A stretch of DNA of 64,000 nucleotides from an uncultured Gammaproteobacteria bacterium (GCA_964537895.1 CAZIDK010000001.1:134198-198197); one strand, 5' to 3'. Shown: positions 50,756 to 61,062, numbered from the stretch's first letter. Notes: generated from the letters alone by a model not told the origin. Translations and numbers: made by a program.

Positions 50756-52183
50756 TTACCGCAAAGGTTTGATATGACCATTCTTTGTCCTTATTGTCTT
50801 TTCAGGGTTTGCCCAAAACAATCCAAGGATAACTGTAAACAGAATTTGTCCCTGCTGGAGTGTTAAAAAGTAATGGTCAAAAAGGCCTAGAAAAAAAATA
50901 GAAAAAAACAAAACCGGCAATTCAATGTTCGAACTTTTTTCAATTCTCTTATATGTTTTTATTAAGAAATAGCCAAATAAAACAAAACCGATAATCCCCG
51001 TTTGCGATAAAACCAAAAGATAAATGTTGTGCACCGGCTGAATATACAAAACTTCTCCGTGTTGTTTTTGCACAAAAGGAAGGTTAACTAAAAAATTATT
51101 TAAGCCGGCTCCGAGTATCGGGTCTTGCCAAAACATAACTATGGAGTTATTTATTAAAACCTCCCTTTGAACAACAGACTGGTCTGAAAAGTTAAATTGA
51201 AAAAGGCGAAGGCCTAGGGGAAAAGTAAAAATAAAAGTAATAATTATAAAAACCATCAGCGGCAAAATTCTGTTTCTAATTAACAGTAGGTCTATTTTCT
51301 TTGTAACATCCATTCTAGTTTTTTTCCAAAAACTATAGGTAAGTAAAAACATTAACGCGCCGCTCCAGGCGATTATTGAAATTCTGCTCATTGTAAAAAA
51401 AAGCGCTAAAGATCCAAAGAAAAGAGAAAAAAATACAACTGCGTTTTGCCGTTTAAAGAATTTCTGTTTTGCATAAAAAATAATTAACATCATAAAGACA
51501 AATAAATACCCGGCAAGAACATTTGGATGCGAAAAAGTTGCGTAAGGCCTTAGGAATAATTGCCCGCTTACCGAAGCGTTTGCAATGCCCGGGGTTTGTG
51601 AATTAAAACTTCGTTCACCTAAAAAATAAAAAATCCCGCCAAGCGAACCTTGATTAATATATTGCGCGATTGTTAAAAATGATTCAAATAAAACCCCTGC
51701 AATAAAAATCGAAAATAAAACAAAACTATTTAGCTTTCTAAAATTTTTCGCGGTATAGGTAAGCAAAAAAATATATTCCAAGAGTTTTATAATCCCGTAG
51801 ATTCCAACCGGCGGATTATTTGAGTGAAGTACTCCGGCCAATAGAAACAAAACAATAAGAAACACCATTCGCAATTTAATAATATTGTTGCTTGCTAATT
51901 TTACCGCGTAGGAAAGACCATTTGAACTTACCAGACTCTCTAAAATCCAAGAAAGAATAAGGCCTATTGTTAATATGTCCGTAAGATACAGCGTGGGGGA
52001 GAGGTAGTCTGTTCTTATTCCGTAAACGTAAGAAAAGTTCGGCCAAAAGTGTTTGCCAAACTGAGTCGGTAAAAACAATACCAGGAGATAAAAAAATATT
52101 GCAGAGGGATTAATTTTTTGGCTTAACGACCAAGACTCTGTCTTTCCCCTCCCCAATAGATTCGGAAACAACTTCTTGATCAT
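50756..52183 (-). CDS. O-antigen ligase/polymerase family membrane protein; start uncertain
   Basis: RPYATFSHPNVLAG, T.SR, G.GLNNF, PVHN.YL....TG and FDHY motifs. Confidence 0.85.
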   Translation of the reverse strand: MIKKLFPNLLGRGKTESWSLSQKINPSAIFFYLLVLFLPTQFGKHFWPNFSYVYGIRTDYLSPTLYLTDILTIGLILSWILESLVSSNGLSYAVKLASNNIIKLRMVFLIVLFLLAGVLHSNNPPVGIYGIIKLLEYIFLLTYTAKNFRKLNSFVLFSIFIAGVLFESFLTIAQYINQGSLGGIFYFLGERSFNSQTPGIANASVSGQLFLRPYATFSHPNVLAGYLFVFMMLIIFYAKQKFFKRQNAVVFFSLFFGSLALFFTMSRISIIAWSGALMFLLTYSFWKKTRMDVTKKIDLLLIRNRILPLMVFIIITFIFTFPLGLRLFQFNFSDQSVVQREVLINNSIVMFWQDPILGAGLNNFLVNLPFVQKQHGEVLYIQPVHNIYLLVLSQTGIIGFVLFGYFLIKTYKRIEKSSNIELPVLFFSIFFLGLFDHYFLTLQQGQILFTVILGLFWANPEKTIRTKNGHIKPLR

Positions 52184-52565
52184 TTTGCAAAAGCAGATGC
52201 ACAATTCTTCTTTCCCAGGATTTTAAATCTGAAAGAAAAACTTCTTTGTTTTCAGATAAAACTTTTTCCTTTGTTTCAGCGGCAAGATTTTTTAACCACT
52301 CTTCTCTTTTTTTCTTATATTCTCCGACCTCAATTGAAACCCTTTTGAACTCGCCAAGCTTTCTGGCCAAACACAAAGACAAAATAAGCTGCAATGACTC
52401 AAGAGTATCACCATGATAGCCGATAACAATTCCGCTGTCTTCCGTGTTAAGATTTATTTCAATCGCCTCTTCTTTCTCCTTAACTTCAAAATCTCCCTGT
52501 ATTTCAAGCAGTTTTAAAAGCTCTTCCGTTGTGTCTTGCACGATTTTACTTTGTTTTTTGTCCAT
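52110..52565 (-). CDS. jag: Jag/KhpB-like KH plus R3H protein
   Basis: IGYHGDTLESLQ (KH) and ERRIVH...SESIGEG..R (R3H) motifs; follows yidC. Confidence 0.92.
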   Translation of the reverse strand: MDKKQSKIVQDTTEELLKLLEIQGDFEVKEKEEAIEINLNTEDSGIVIGYHGDTLESLQLILSLCLARKLGEFKRVSIEVGEYKKKREEWLKNLAAETKEKVLSENKEVFLSDLKSWERRIVHLLLQNDQEVVSESIGEGKDRVLVVKPKN

Positions 52566-53373
52566 ATATTTTATTTTTCCACTCTTCCAGTCCGCCTAAC
52601 CCCGAAACTCTGTATTGCTGCATGATACCAAAAATCGTAAAAGTGTTCCAGTATAAAGATAGGCCAACGGGAAATGTGTATGAGAAAAAACCAATCATAA
52701 TGGGGAAGATATACATCGCCTGTGATTGAAAAACAGAAGCAAAATCATCATTTTTTTTCTTCTCGTCTTTTTTTACCAATCCTTCTTGAGCTTTGGGCTT
52801 ACTAAACATCATTTTTGACTGAATAAACTGAAACAGTGCTGTAAGTAAGGGAACTATTAAGATGATTGGCCCAACGCTTGTGATAATCTGGGAAGGGTTA
52901 CTCCCCAAGGAAACGCCAAAAAAATTCGGATCCCAAGCCTTGGTAAGTTTTAAAGCGTCAAAATAAACAATTTTATTAATTACGTTAGGCCCCAATTGAG
53001 CTATTTGCTGCAAAGCCGTATATAGCCCCCAAATGATTGGAAGCTGAATAATAACAGGCAGGCAGCCGGCAGCCGGATTAACGCCGTGCTCTTTGTATAA
53101 TTTCATTGTTTCCTGCTGGAGGGTTTTTGAATCTCCTTTGTGTCTATTCTTAAGATTTGTAATGTGCGGGTTTAAGTCCTGCATTTTCTTTGAAGCTTTA
53201 AGCTGAGATGCGGTTAGAGGGTACAAAACAAAACGGATGATTATTGTTAATATTATAATTGAAAAACCCAAAGCAAAAGGGAAGTTAACAAAAATTAAAC
53301 CTTTGTAAACGGCAACTAAAACGTTAATTATCGGCCAGACAAGAATAGTATTAAAAATTGAAGGATCTGTCAT
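52546..53373 (-). CDS. yidC: Membrane protein insertase YidC
   Basis: II.LTIIIR..LYPL, LYKEHGVNP.AGCLP..IQLPI and GL.LYW motifs. Confidence 0.96.
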   Translation of the reverse strand: MTDPSIFNTILVWPIINVLVAVYKGLIFVNFPFALGFSIIILTIIIRFVLYPLTASQLKASKKMQDLNPHITNLKNRHKGDSKTLQQETMKLYKEHGVNPAAGCLPVIIQLPIIWGLYTALQQIAQLGPNVINKIVYFDALKLTKAWDPNFFGVSLGSNPSQIITSVGPIILIVPLLTALFQFIQSKMMFSKPKAQEGLVKKDEKKKNDDFASVFQSQAMYIFPIMIGFFSYTFPVGLSLYWNTFTIFGIMQQYRVSGLGGLEEWKNKIYGQKTK

Positions 53374-53376
53374 AGT

Positions 53377-53589
53377 TTATGCAATTTTATAGAACGGCTG
53401 ACATTTTAAAAGACGTGCCAATGAAAGCCGGGTACCTGTTAAAACACCTTTTTCTTTAATTGAAATTTTTGCGTATTCAGAGCAAGTTGGCGAAAATCTG
53501 CAGCAATTACTAACGCCAACAATACTTTTAATAATATAAGAAAAAACGTTTTTATAAAAGTCTATAAAAAATAAAATAGTTTTTTTCAT
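53377..53589 (-). CDS. yidD: Membrane protein insertion efficiency factor YidD
   Basis: CRFSPTCSEY...G...G...RLLKCQP motif. Confidence 0.92.
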   Translation of the reverse strand: MKKTILFFIDFYKNVFSYIIKSIVGVSNCCRFSPTCSEYAKISIKEKGVLTGTRLSLARLLKCQPFYKIA

Positions 53590-53915
53590 TTTAATAATTT
53601 CCGTTTTCCCAATTCTCCCAAAGTTAATTCGCAAATCTCTTTTGTTGTTTTGCCCAGTATATTTTTTTTTAATATAAACAGCATATCATAGCCGGGTTTT
53701 ATTTTGTCAAAATTATCTTCGATACAAACCCTTATTTGTCTTTTAATTCTATTTCTTGCCGTTGCTCTTTTGTCAATTTTTTTTGAAACTACGAAACCAA
53801 ACCTGTTAAAAGATTTTTCATTTTTTGCAAGTCTTAAAACAAAAAATGGGGAAGTATAAAGATCTTCCTTATTAAACTTCGTTTCTTTTAGCAAACGGTA
53901 TTTTTTCTTAAGCAT
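53586..53915 (-). CDS. rnpA: Ribonuclease P protein component
   Basis: RFGFVVSKK...A..RNRIKR motif. Confidence 0.96.
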   Translation of the reverse strand: MLKKKYRLLKETKFNKEDLYTSPFFVLRLAKNEKSFNRFGFVVSKKIDKRATARNRIKRQIRVCIEDNFDKIKPGYDMLFILKKNILGKTTKEICELTLGELGKRKLLK

Positions 53916-53931
53916 TAATATTAATAACCGC

Positions 53932-54066
53932 CTAAACAGTAAGGCTTTTCCTTTTTTTTGCCCTTCTGTTTTTTAAAACTTTTTGTCCGCCATGGGTTTT
54001 CGATCTTTCAAAAAATCCGTGTTTTCGTTTCCTTTTTATTTTTTTAAGCTTTATTGATTTTTCCAT
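53932..54066 (-). CDS. rpmH: 50S ribosomal protein L34, absent from the ORF track
   Basis: Read manually: MEKSIKLKKIKRKRKHGFFERSKTHGGQKVLKNRRAKKRKSLTV; canonical position upstream of rnpA. Confidence 0.93.
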   Translation of the reverse strand: MEKSIKLKKIKRKRKHGFFERSKTHGGQKVLKNRRAKKRKSLTV

Positions 54067-54151
54067 TTATTAAGTATAGCAAATTGCGATTGTTTTGAAA
54101 AGCATTAAGCGTGCAAATTAAAAGAGACCCACTTATATACACTTCTGCATA

Positions 54152-54181
54152 TTGACAAAAAGTTATCCACATTATTAAACT
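54152..54181 (+). promoter_or_regulatory. dnaA promoter with a DnaA box in the spacer
   Basis: TTGACA (54152), TTATCCACA (54163-54171), TAAACT (54176). Confidence 0.75.
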
Positions 54182-54194
54182 GCTCTTTACCACT

Positions 54195-55547
54195 ATGGAA
54201 GAAAATAAAAAACTTTGGAGTAAAGTTTTGGGAGAAATTGAGATTGAGGTTTCAAAAGCAAATTTTCTAACGCTTTTTAAAAGAACCTCGCTTTTGTCTT
54301 TGGAAGGGAACTCTTTAACAATTGCCGCGCCTTCGGTTATGATTATTGATCTTTTACAAAGAAGGTTTTATGACGTTATTAAAAAATCTGTTGATAAACA
54401 TGTTGGAGTAAGTTCAAAAATAATTTTTGTCCCAAAAGTTTTAGCACCGGAAGAGCAAGCGGAAAAAAACGGCCCTCTTTTTGACGAAAGCGAAAAATCC
54501 CCGACAATTATTGGACACTTACCGCGGGTAAGGCCGGACTACACTTTTGAAAATCTAGCTGTTGCCTCAAGCAACCAATTAGCTTTTGTCAGCGCATCAA
54601 CCGTTGCCAAAAAACCAGGCATTGCATATAATCCTCTTTTTATTTATGGACCAACAGGAGTAGGAAAAACGCATCTAATGCAGGCTATTGCAAATGAAGT
54701 TTATCAAAAAAACCCAAACAAAAAAATAGTTTACACGACAAGCGAGGAATTCACAAATGAAGTGGTTGACGCAATAAGAACCAACAGCACGGCTCTTATG
54801 AAAAAAAGGTTTAGGAATATTGATCTTTTAATAATCGACGACATTCAGTTTATCGCGGGAAAAGAAAAGGTTCAGGAAGAACTTTTTCATACTTTCAATA
54901 TTTTGGTTGATAATCTGGCGCAAATCGTTCTTTCTTCCGACAGGCCCCCGTCGGAAATTAAAAAAGTAGAAAAAAGACTTTTATCGAGATTTTCCGGCGG
55001 GTTAACCGTTGACATAGACACGCCTGATTTTGAATTAAGAACGGCAATCTTATTAATTAAGGCAAAAAAATACGGGTTTGACCTGCCAATAGAAGTTGCC
55101 AAAACAATTGCCGAAAAATCTCAAGACGCCAGAAGTCTTGAGGGGGTCTTATTAAGAATGGCAACAGAGGCCGAAACAAGGGGGATTAATATAACCGGCG
55201 ATTTGGTGCAGTCGGTTTTAAAAAGCACTCGCCAAGAAGATAGAGGGGTTTTCCACCCGGACGATATTATAAACAACATTTGCGCTTATTATAAAATCAA
55301 ACCAACACAGATAAAAAGCGCTAAAAGAGATGCTTCTTTGGTTAGGGCTAGACAGGTGGCAATGTATATTCTTAAAAAAGACCTTGAGTTAACCTATGTT
55401 GAGATTGGTAATATTTTAGGCGGTAGAGATCACACAACTATTATGCATGGTGTGGGAAAAGTGGAAAAAATGGTTGATACGGGTGGGTTTTCCCAGGAAC
55501 TTTTGGGGATAAAAAATTATGACGGGGGAAAACTTGCGGGTTATTAA
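54195..55547 (+). CDS. dnaA: Chromosomal replication initiator DnaA
   Basis: YNPLFIYG.TG.GKTHL, IDDIQF, QEELFHTFN and GGRDHTT.MH motifs. Confidence 0.99.
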   Translation: MEENKKLWSKVLGEIEIEVSKANFLTLFKRTSLLSLEGNSLTIAAPSVMIIDLLQRRFYDVIKKSVDKHVGVSSKIIFVPKVLAPEEQAEKNGPLFDESEKSPTIIGHLPRVRPDYTFENLAVASSNQLAFVSASTVAKKPGIAYNPLFIYGPTGVGKTHLMQAIANEVYQKNPNKKIVYTTSEEFTNEVVDAIRTNSTALMKKRFRNIDLLIIDDIQFIAGKEKVQEELFHTFNILVDNLAQIVLSSDRPPSEIKKVEKRLLSRFSGGLTVDIDTPDFELRTAILLIKAKKYGFDLPIEVAKTIAEKSQDARSLEGVLLRMATEAETRGINITGDLVQSVLKSTRQEDRGVFHPDDIINNICAYYKIKPTQIKSAKRDASLVRARQVAMYILKKDLELTYVEIGNILGGRDHTTIMHGVGKVEKMVDTGGFSQELLGIKNYDGGKLAGY

Positions 55548-55673
55548 GTTTTTGAAATTTTACACTTTTTCTAAACACTGTTATACACATTTTATAAACA
55601 TGTTTCTTGGCCGTGCCGCCTTGCTTTTTTCCACTTTTCCAGATACACTACTACTACAACAAGTATCTATATT
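55548..55673. other. Probable oriC region (dnaA-dnaN intergenic)
   Basis: DnaA-box-like TTATACACA (55581), TTATAAACA (55592) and TTTTCCAC; AT-rich; classic position. Confidence 0.7.
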
Positions 55674-56783
55674 ATGAAAGCCACTTTTCTTACAGAGAAT
55701 CTACAACGGTGTTTATTTTTTTTAAACCATGCTGTTTCCGGAAACAGCCAGTTGGAAATCTTATCGACGTTTTTAATCATCGCCGAAAAGGGACGGCTCA
55801 TAATTAACGCAACCGATTTGGAAATAGGTATATCCTCATCTGTCCCCGCAAACATAGAGGAAGAAGGAATGGCTTGTGTCCCCGCAAAAACATTTTTTGA
55901 ACTCATAAACAACGTCTCAGAAGAAAAAATATCCATAGAAACCAGGGAACAAAACCTTGTTCTAAAAGGGAAAAAAATAAAAATGGCTTTTCGGACAATG
56001 CCTTACGAAGACTTCCCTAAGCTTTATGAGGACAAAGGCGAGGAGGTTGCAGTCTTTAAAAAAGAAACAGTGCTGGATGATTTTAACAAGGTTGTTTTTG
56101 CCGCAAGTCAAGATAGCGGCAGACCAGCGCTTTCAGGCATTTTAATAAAAAAAGAAAAAGACGGCTTTTTAATAGTGGCAACGGATGGATACAGGCTTTC
56201 TTTAAAAAACAACGTTGTGATAAAAACTAAAAAAGGAGAGGGCGTGGACGAGCTTCTTCTTTCGGCAAGGGTTATAAAAGAGCTTGTTTCAATAAAGCAA
56301 AACGAAGACATCTCTCTTTTTGTTTCAGGCAAAAATAACCAAGCGATTTTTGTACAAGGCGAAACAACACTGGTCGGAAGATTAATAGAGGCAGAGTACC
56401 CAAGTTACGAAAAAATTATCCCAACCGATTTTGGAACAAAAGCGGAATTTGATAAGGACGAAATGCAAAAAGCCATAAAACTTTGTTCGGTTTTTGCAAG
56501 GGAAACGGCGAACATAGTTAAATTTTCCGTTAAAAAGGATAAAATAATTGTTTCCGCAAACACGCCTTCGGTTGGGGAGAATACGGTCGAGGTTGACGCG
56601 AAAGTAATAGGCGAGGAAAACGAAATTGCCTTTAATGCCCGCTATTTACTGGATCTTTTTTCAAACATCAATGAGGAAAACATGTCTTTCGAAATGACCG
56701 GCCCGCTAAATCCCGGGGTTTTTAAAATTACAGGCGACAACTCCTTTTTTCACTTAATAATGCCCATTAGAGTGCAGGGCTAA
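55674..56783 (+). CDS. dnaN: DNA polymerase III beta clamp
   Basis: ATDLE, RPALSG, VATDGYRLS, YP.YEKIIP, FNARYL and IMPIR motifs. Confidence 0.98.
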   Translation: MKATFLTENLQRCLFFLNHAVSGNSQLEILSTFLIIAEKGRLIINATDLEIGISSSVPANIEEEGMACVPAKTFFELINNVSEEKISIETREQNLVLKGKKIKMAFRTMPYEDFPKLYEDKGEEVAVFKKETVLDDFNKVVFAASQDSGRPALSGILIKKEKDGFLIVATDGYRLSLKNNVVIKTKKGEGVDELLLSARVIKELVSIKQNEDISLFVSGKNNQAIFVQGETTLVGRLIEAEYPSYEKIIPTDFGTKAEFDKDEMQKAIKLCSVFARETANIVKFSVKKDKIIVSANTPSVGENTVEVDAKVIGEENEIAFNARYLLDLFSNINEENMSFEMTGPLNPGVFKITGDNSFFHLIMPIRVQG

Positions 56784-57524
56784 TTATTTCGGAATAACCC
56801 CCCATGAGAAATCATATCCAGAGGTGCTTACCCCAATTCTTTTTAATTCCGTTAGCACCTCGTTTTTTAGTACAACAACCTGTTCGGAAATAGAGGATGG
56901 AGAGTTTTTTAATGGATATAGATCAACAAAAAACAGTCCTTTTTCTGCATCAAAACCAACAAAATACCTATCGTTTTCCGGAGGAAGGCTATCATACCAC
57001 GGATATTTTTTATAAAAAGCGTCCATCTGGGCATTTGACTCGTTATCCAGTATGCCTTGTGCTTTCAACTGATCTTCCTCTGAAACATTTTCAATTTTTG
57101 CAGTCGTAAAGCCCCATGAATATTTCTTGTTAAAATAATCCAGTCGCAAAATATAGGCTGTGTCCACCTCAAGGCCCCCCTCCAGCTTTGCATTAAGCCT
57201 AGAATTATTATTTGACCAAAAATATGAAGTTTTGACAAACGGATTAATTAAAAGAGACACGTTATTTTTTTCAGTATTATCTACTGGTCTTGAAAAATCA
57301 ACATAAACATCTGTGAATATGCCTGCGTTATTATGGTTGGGCTCCGGAAAAACATTTTTTATTTCCAAACCTTCCTTTTTAAGGATTACAGTCTCTTTTG
57401 GAACAAGATAACCCGTTCTTTTATTTGAAAAAAGAAAAAAAACAATGATGAGCAAAAAAAATAGCGCAAAACTAAGGCCCAATATTAAAACCAACTTTTT
57501 GTTATAAATAAGAAAGTTTTTCAT
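56784..57524 (-). CDS. Membrane-anchored Ig-like (Big-type) domain protein
   Basis: N-terminal TM helix; 'P......I...V.FSRPV...W....L...L.....Y.L....W.FTT' pattern. Confidence 0.6.
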   Translation of the reverse strand: MKNFLIYNKKLVLILGLSFALFFLLIIVFFLFSNKRTGYLVPKETVILKKEGLEIKNVFPEPNHNNAGIFTDVYVDFSRPVDNTEKNNVSLLINPFVKTSYFWSNNNSRLNAKLEGGLEVDTAYILRLDYFNKKYSWGFTTAKIENVSEEDQLKAQGILDNESNAQMDAFYKKYPWYDSLPPENDRYFVGFDAEKGLFFVDLYPLKNSPSSISEQVVVLKNEVLTELKRIGVSTSGYDFSWGVIPK

Positions 57525-58385
57525 TTATCTTGGTCCCAACCCAAAAGCTACATTTGTTGCAGCAGGCAACCACACGTTTCCTAAAAGCTTCCATCCGCTA
57601 ACATAATGCTTAATGAGTTTCTGATTGACATTGGCATCTATAGTATACAGCACTCCATTTCCGCTTGAATTAACGCTTATTGCATCTATTAAATCTGCGT
57701 GTCTATATCTATAGCAATTGCAACTTCCGCTAAGACCATACCAAAAAACAGCATCTCCTGGTTTTACCATCCTTACATTATTTGTTTTTAATAAGGTAAG
57801 GCCCCTGATGGATCCCCATTGGCTTACCATGCTGGGGGTCCATTCACTAAGATTGTTTTTTATGCCCGCCAGGTTATAGGCGTCCTTCACAAGCCTTGTG
57901 CAGAGATAGGCTCCTCCATATCCTTGACAATCACCCCCCCTAATAGCAGCACTATATCCTGCAGTATTTCTTATAATGCTTTGTTGTCTATTGTAAATTG
58001 TGTTGCTGCAACCTAAAGCCTTAGTAAGGACGCTGTTTATTTTTCTCCCCCACACGAGAATATCTGTTCCGTCGAGTCCGCCTGGTTGCGTAGTTGGTCC
58101 GGGAGTAGAAGATTCTGTCGGAGAAGGGGAGTTGCTTAGGTCGCCGCCGACAACAGTGCTCGGGGCGGCTCCGGAGAACATAATAATAACAACAACAAGT
58201 ATGACAACGCCAATCCCTACCCCTACGGCTGGTCCGGCCAATGCGCCCAATCCTTCTCCTGCAAGCCATGCCGCCCTCGCTTTTTTGTAAGCACCATAGG
58301 CTCTTTGCAGATTTCTTCCTTTGCCGGCAAGGCTGTTAATTCTGCCCACAGCAGATGAATCTTTTTTTTCGTTTTCTTCGGCCAT
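57525..58385 (-). CDS. Membrane-anchored NlpC/P60/CHAP-like amidase (putative T4SS-associated hydrolase)
   Basis: LCTRLV..AY..AG, PGDAVFW and H..LI Cys-His pattern; directly downstream of virB4. Confidence 0.65.
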   Translation of the reverse strand: MAEENEKKDSSAVGRINSLAGKGRNLQRAYGAYKKARAAWLAGEGLGALAGPAVGVGIGVVILVVVIIMFSGAAPSTVVGGDLSNSPSPTESSTPGPTTQPGGLDGTDILVWGRKINSVLTKALGCSNTIYNRQQSIIRNTAGYSAAIRGGDCQGYGGAYLCTRLVKDAYNLAGIKNNLSEWTPSMVSQWGSIRGLTLLKTNNVRMVKPGDAVFWYGLSGSCNCYRYRHADLIDAISVNSSGNGVLYTIDANVNQKLIKHYVSGWKLLGNVWLPAATNVAFGLGPR

Positions 58386-58407
58386 GACTTAATAATAGCA
58401 GAAACTA

Positions 58408-58452
58408 ATTGCTGGCAACTAAATACCAGCAACTAGTAACTAGCTACTAGCG
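58408..58452. repeat. Heptamer array overlapping the virB4 stop
   Basis: CTGGCAA CTAAATA CCAGCAA CTAGTAA CTAGCTA CTAGCG. Confidence 0.7.
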
Positions 58453-60383
58453 TCTAGTTTAGGAATGGGGTTTTCTGTTGGGAGGATGATAGTTGTCGCT
58501 GGCGGAGCAACCGGCTCATTGACCGGCGTCATAGGTGGTTCAACAGGGGCCTGTGTCATCAACCGCGCTCTTTCGGCTTCATCCTCCTGCATTTTAAGAA
58601 TTTCTTGCGGGTTAGATGTAATCATTGTGTGTTCAAAGGGTGCAGCTATAACTTTCATTGCAACATGGCTTTGTCCTGCAAAAAACAACCCTTCGCCGAT
58701 ATCCGCCGATAGCAAAAGTTCTTTCTCTCCCTGCGAGAGATAAAAGGTTTGCGAAACCAAGTCTACTTCGGACGGGCTTTGTTTTAAAAGCATTTGTATC
58801 GAAGAGTTTGATAAAATGGCTTTGCCATAGTCGGTGGACAGGAAATCCTGCACGTCTTGGGTTGCCGTTGTTAGCGCAAGATAATATTTGCGTGACCTTT
58901 TGGCAATGCTATAAACAAAAGAAGCAGAATCGGGATATTTCATAATATACCAGGCCTCATCAAGAATAAGAAGGCGCTTTTTAAGTGTTTTTCTAATCCT
59001 TGTCCAAACAAAATCTAAAACAATGTGCATGGCAACCGGCCTTAGCTCTTCCTCAAGCGCCTTGATATTAAAAACCGTTAGCAAATTCTTAAGATCAAAA
59101 TTGGATTGCTGGTTAAATATTCCGCTTAAGCTTCCTTTAATGAATTTCTCAAGTCTTAACGCCAGCTCTCTGGCGGCCGGGTCTTCCATGCCGAGCAATA
59201 CCTTGTATAAATCTTCCATTAAAGGAGGCTGTTTCTTTTGCGTTGTGGGATCGGCAGTTATGCCTTTTTGCCGGTATGTTTCGACCAGTGCCCTGTCTAA
59301 AATTGCATCGTGAGCGGCATCCAAATCGCCCATAATAATTCTTAAAAGTCCGTGTAAAGAAAGAATTTTAAGACCAAGCTCATTTTCGCCTTCTTCGTAA
59401 AGCCCGGACATGTCAAAAGGGTTTATCCTGACCGGATCAGACGCGGTAAAGGAAACATGCTCGCCTCCCAGAGTTTTTGCCAGGGTTTCATATTCTCCTT
59501 CCGGGTCGATAATGATAACTTCCGTTCCAAACATAAACTGCCTTATTGCTTCAAGTTTAATTAAATAAGATTTTCCCGCTCCGGATTTGCCCAAAACCAC
59601 TTCGTTGGCGTTTTCTAAGGAGAATCTGTCGAAAATAATTAAAGAACCGTTTTGCTCGTTAATTCCGTACATTACGCCTTTATCTTGCGCCAGCATTGCC
59701 GAAGTAAACGGAAAAGTTGAAGCAAGGGATGTTGTGTCCATGTTCCTAGTTATAAAAAGCCTGTCTTGTCCCAAGGGAATGCTGGATTTAAATCCGTCTT
59801 CCATTTGCAGGGTTGCGGTTTTTGAGAGCATAAGTATTGAGCCAAGCGTTGTGCTTAGTCTTTTCGAGGCTTCGTCTAAGTCTTTAACGTTTTCGGCAGA
59901 AAGCGTTATGTAGAGACTGTATTGAAAAAACCTTTCAACGCCTTTTGCCAGCTCTTCCTGAACGGATAAAGCGTCATCTAAAGATGCTTTTACCTTAGGG
60001 TCAATCAGCTGTCCTTCCTCAACTTGGGATGAAATCGTTGCTTCCATTTCGGCAATTTTTCTGCGCAAATCCGACAAAACATCGGGAGATGAGGTTGGAT
60101 AGATAAACATAGAAATATTCATAGAGTGGTCAAAGTCAATTATGGGCTGAAGCCAGTTTGCCGATACGTAGCGCGGATAGCCAACGACGAAAACTGTTTT
60201 ATAAAACTTTTCCCCTACTCTTATAAAATGAAAATCAACTTCAACAGAAGACGGCGCAATAATATCCGTTAAGGAAACCATTCCTTTTTCAAGTTTGGCA
60301 ATACTTGGCGAAACAGTCTGCTGCTGCTTTGCTGGCAGCTGTGTTTGGCTGACTTGGGTTTTGTTTTTTTTGAAAAGATTCAT
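58440..60383 (-). CDS. VirB4/TraC-like T4SS ATPase
   Basis: N.N..VLGKSGAGKS, IIDPEGEY, INPFD, LDEAW, RSRKY...TQ and GEGLFFAG motifs. Confidence 0.92.
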   Translation of the reverse strand: MNLFKKNKTQVSQTQLPAKQQQTVSPSIAKLEKGMVSLTDIIAPSSVEVDFHFIRVGEKFYKTVFVVGYPRYVSANWLQPIIDFDHSMNISMFIYPTSSPDVLSDLRRKIAEMEATISSQVEEGQLIDPKVKASLDDALSVQEELAKGVERFFQYSLYITLSAENVKDLDEASKRLSTTLGSILMLSKTATLQMEDGFKSSIPLGQDRLFITRNMDTTSLASTFPFTSAMLAQDKGVMYGINEQNGSLIIFDRFSLENANEVVLGKSGAGKSYLIKLEAIRQFMFGTEVIIIDPEGEYETLAKTLGGEHVSFTASDPVRINPFDMSGLYEEGENELGLKILSLHGLLRIIMGDLDAAHDAILDRALVETYRQKGITADPTTQKKQPPLMEDLYKVLLGMEDPAARELALRLEKFIKGSLSGIFNQQSNFDLKNLLTVFNIKALEEELRPVAMHIVLDFVWTRIRKTLKKRLLILDEAWYIMKYPDSASFVYSIAKRSRKYYLALTTATQDVQDFLSTDYGKAILSNSSIQMLLKQSPSEVDLVSQTFYLSQGEKELLLSADIGEGLFFAGQSHVAMKVIAAPFEHTMITSNPQEILKMQEDEAERARLMTQAPVEPPMTPVNEPVAPPATTIILPTENPIPKLDASS

Positions 60384-61051
60384 TTTGCCCCCTCGTTTTT
60401 AACTATCGGTGATTTTATGTTGTCTGTTGCCTGGCCTGTTTCAATTAAGGTATCGTTGTATATTTCATAAAATAATTTAATTAACTCTTCTTTTTCCAGA
60501 GTTCTGGCTCGCAAATTAAGTCTTCCGAGCTGGGAGTGCAGGGACTCTGCTTTTGAATGAAGAGCGGATTTAGCGTTTTGGACAAAAGCGAAATCATCCA
60601 CCGAGCTTTTCTTCTTAACACTGCCCGCCGCAGCGCCGATGCCCTTTTCAAGGTAGGAAAAAGGAACAGCAATATAGAATTTTTTATCCAAAACGGTATT
60701 TACCTTAATTAATTCCTGAATAAAATCTTTGTAAAGCTTTATCTGCTCCGCAAGCATCTGATTTTGTGTTTTTCCTGCTTCAGTATCAAGAAGCTTAAGA
60801 TAGGAGGTTATGTCCAGCTTTTTACTTCTGATAAGAATTTGAATCGGGAAGGAGAGGGAGTTAAGAAGGGCGGCGTAAGAGAAAATTTTTGAATCCTGTT
60901 CTTCTGCGGACAAAAGCGCAAAGTTTGTAGCGGTTACTTCAATAACCAAGCAGGCGTTACCATTGGTTAAAACAACAACGTCATCGATAACGTCCTGTAT
61001 TTCTGTGAATTTCTGCGTTGTTGCGTTGATTTTTCGGGCAGAACTTTTCAT
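60380..61051 (-). CDS. T4SS-associated protein resembling a TraC N-terminal/TrsD-like domain
   Basis: NFALLS..EQ......Y...LNSL.FPIQI motif; translationally coupled to virB4. Confidence 0.7.
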   Translation of the reverse strand: MKSSARKINATTQKFTEIQDVIDDVVVLTNGNACLVIEVTATNFALLSAEEQDSKIFSYAALLNSLSFPIQILIRSKKLDITSYLKLLDTEAGKTQNQMLAEQIKLYKDFIQELIKVNTVLDKKFYIAVPFSYLEKGIGAAAGSVKKKSSVDDFAFVQNAKSALHSKAESLHSQLGRLNLRARTLEKEELIKLFYEIYNDTLIETGQATDNIKSPIVKNEGAK

Positions 61052-61062
61052 AAATAATTATT

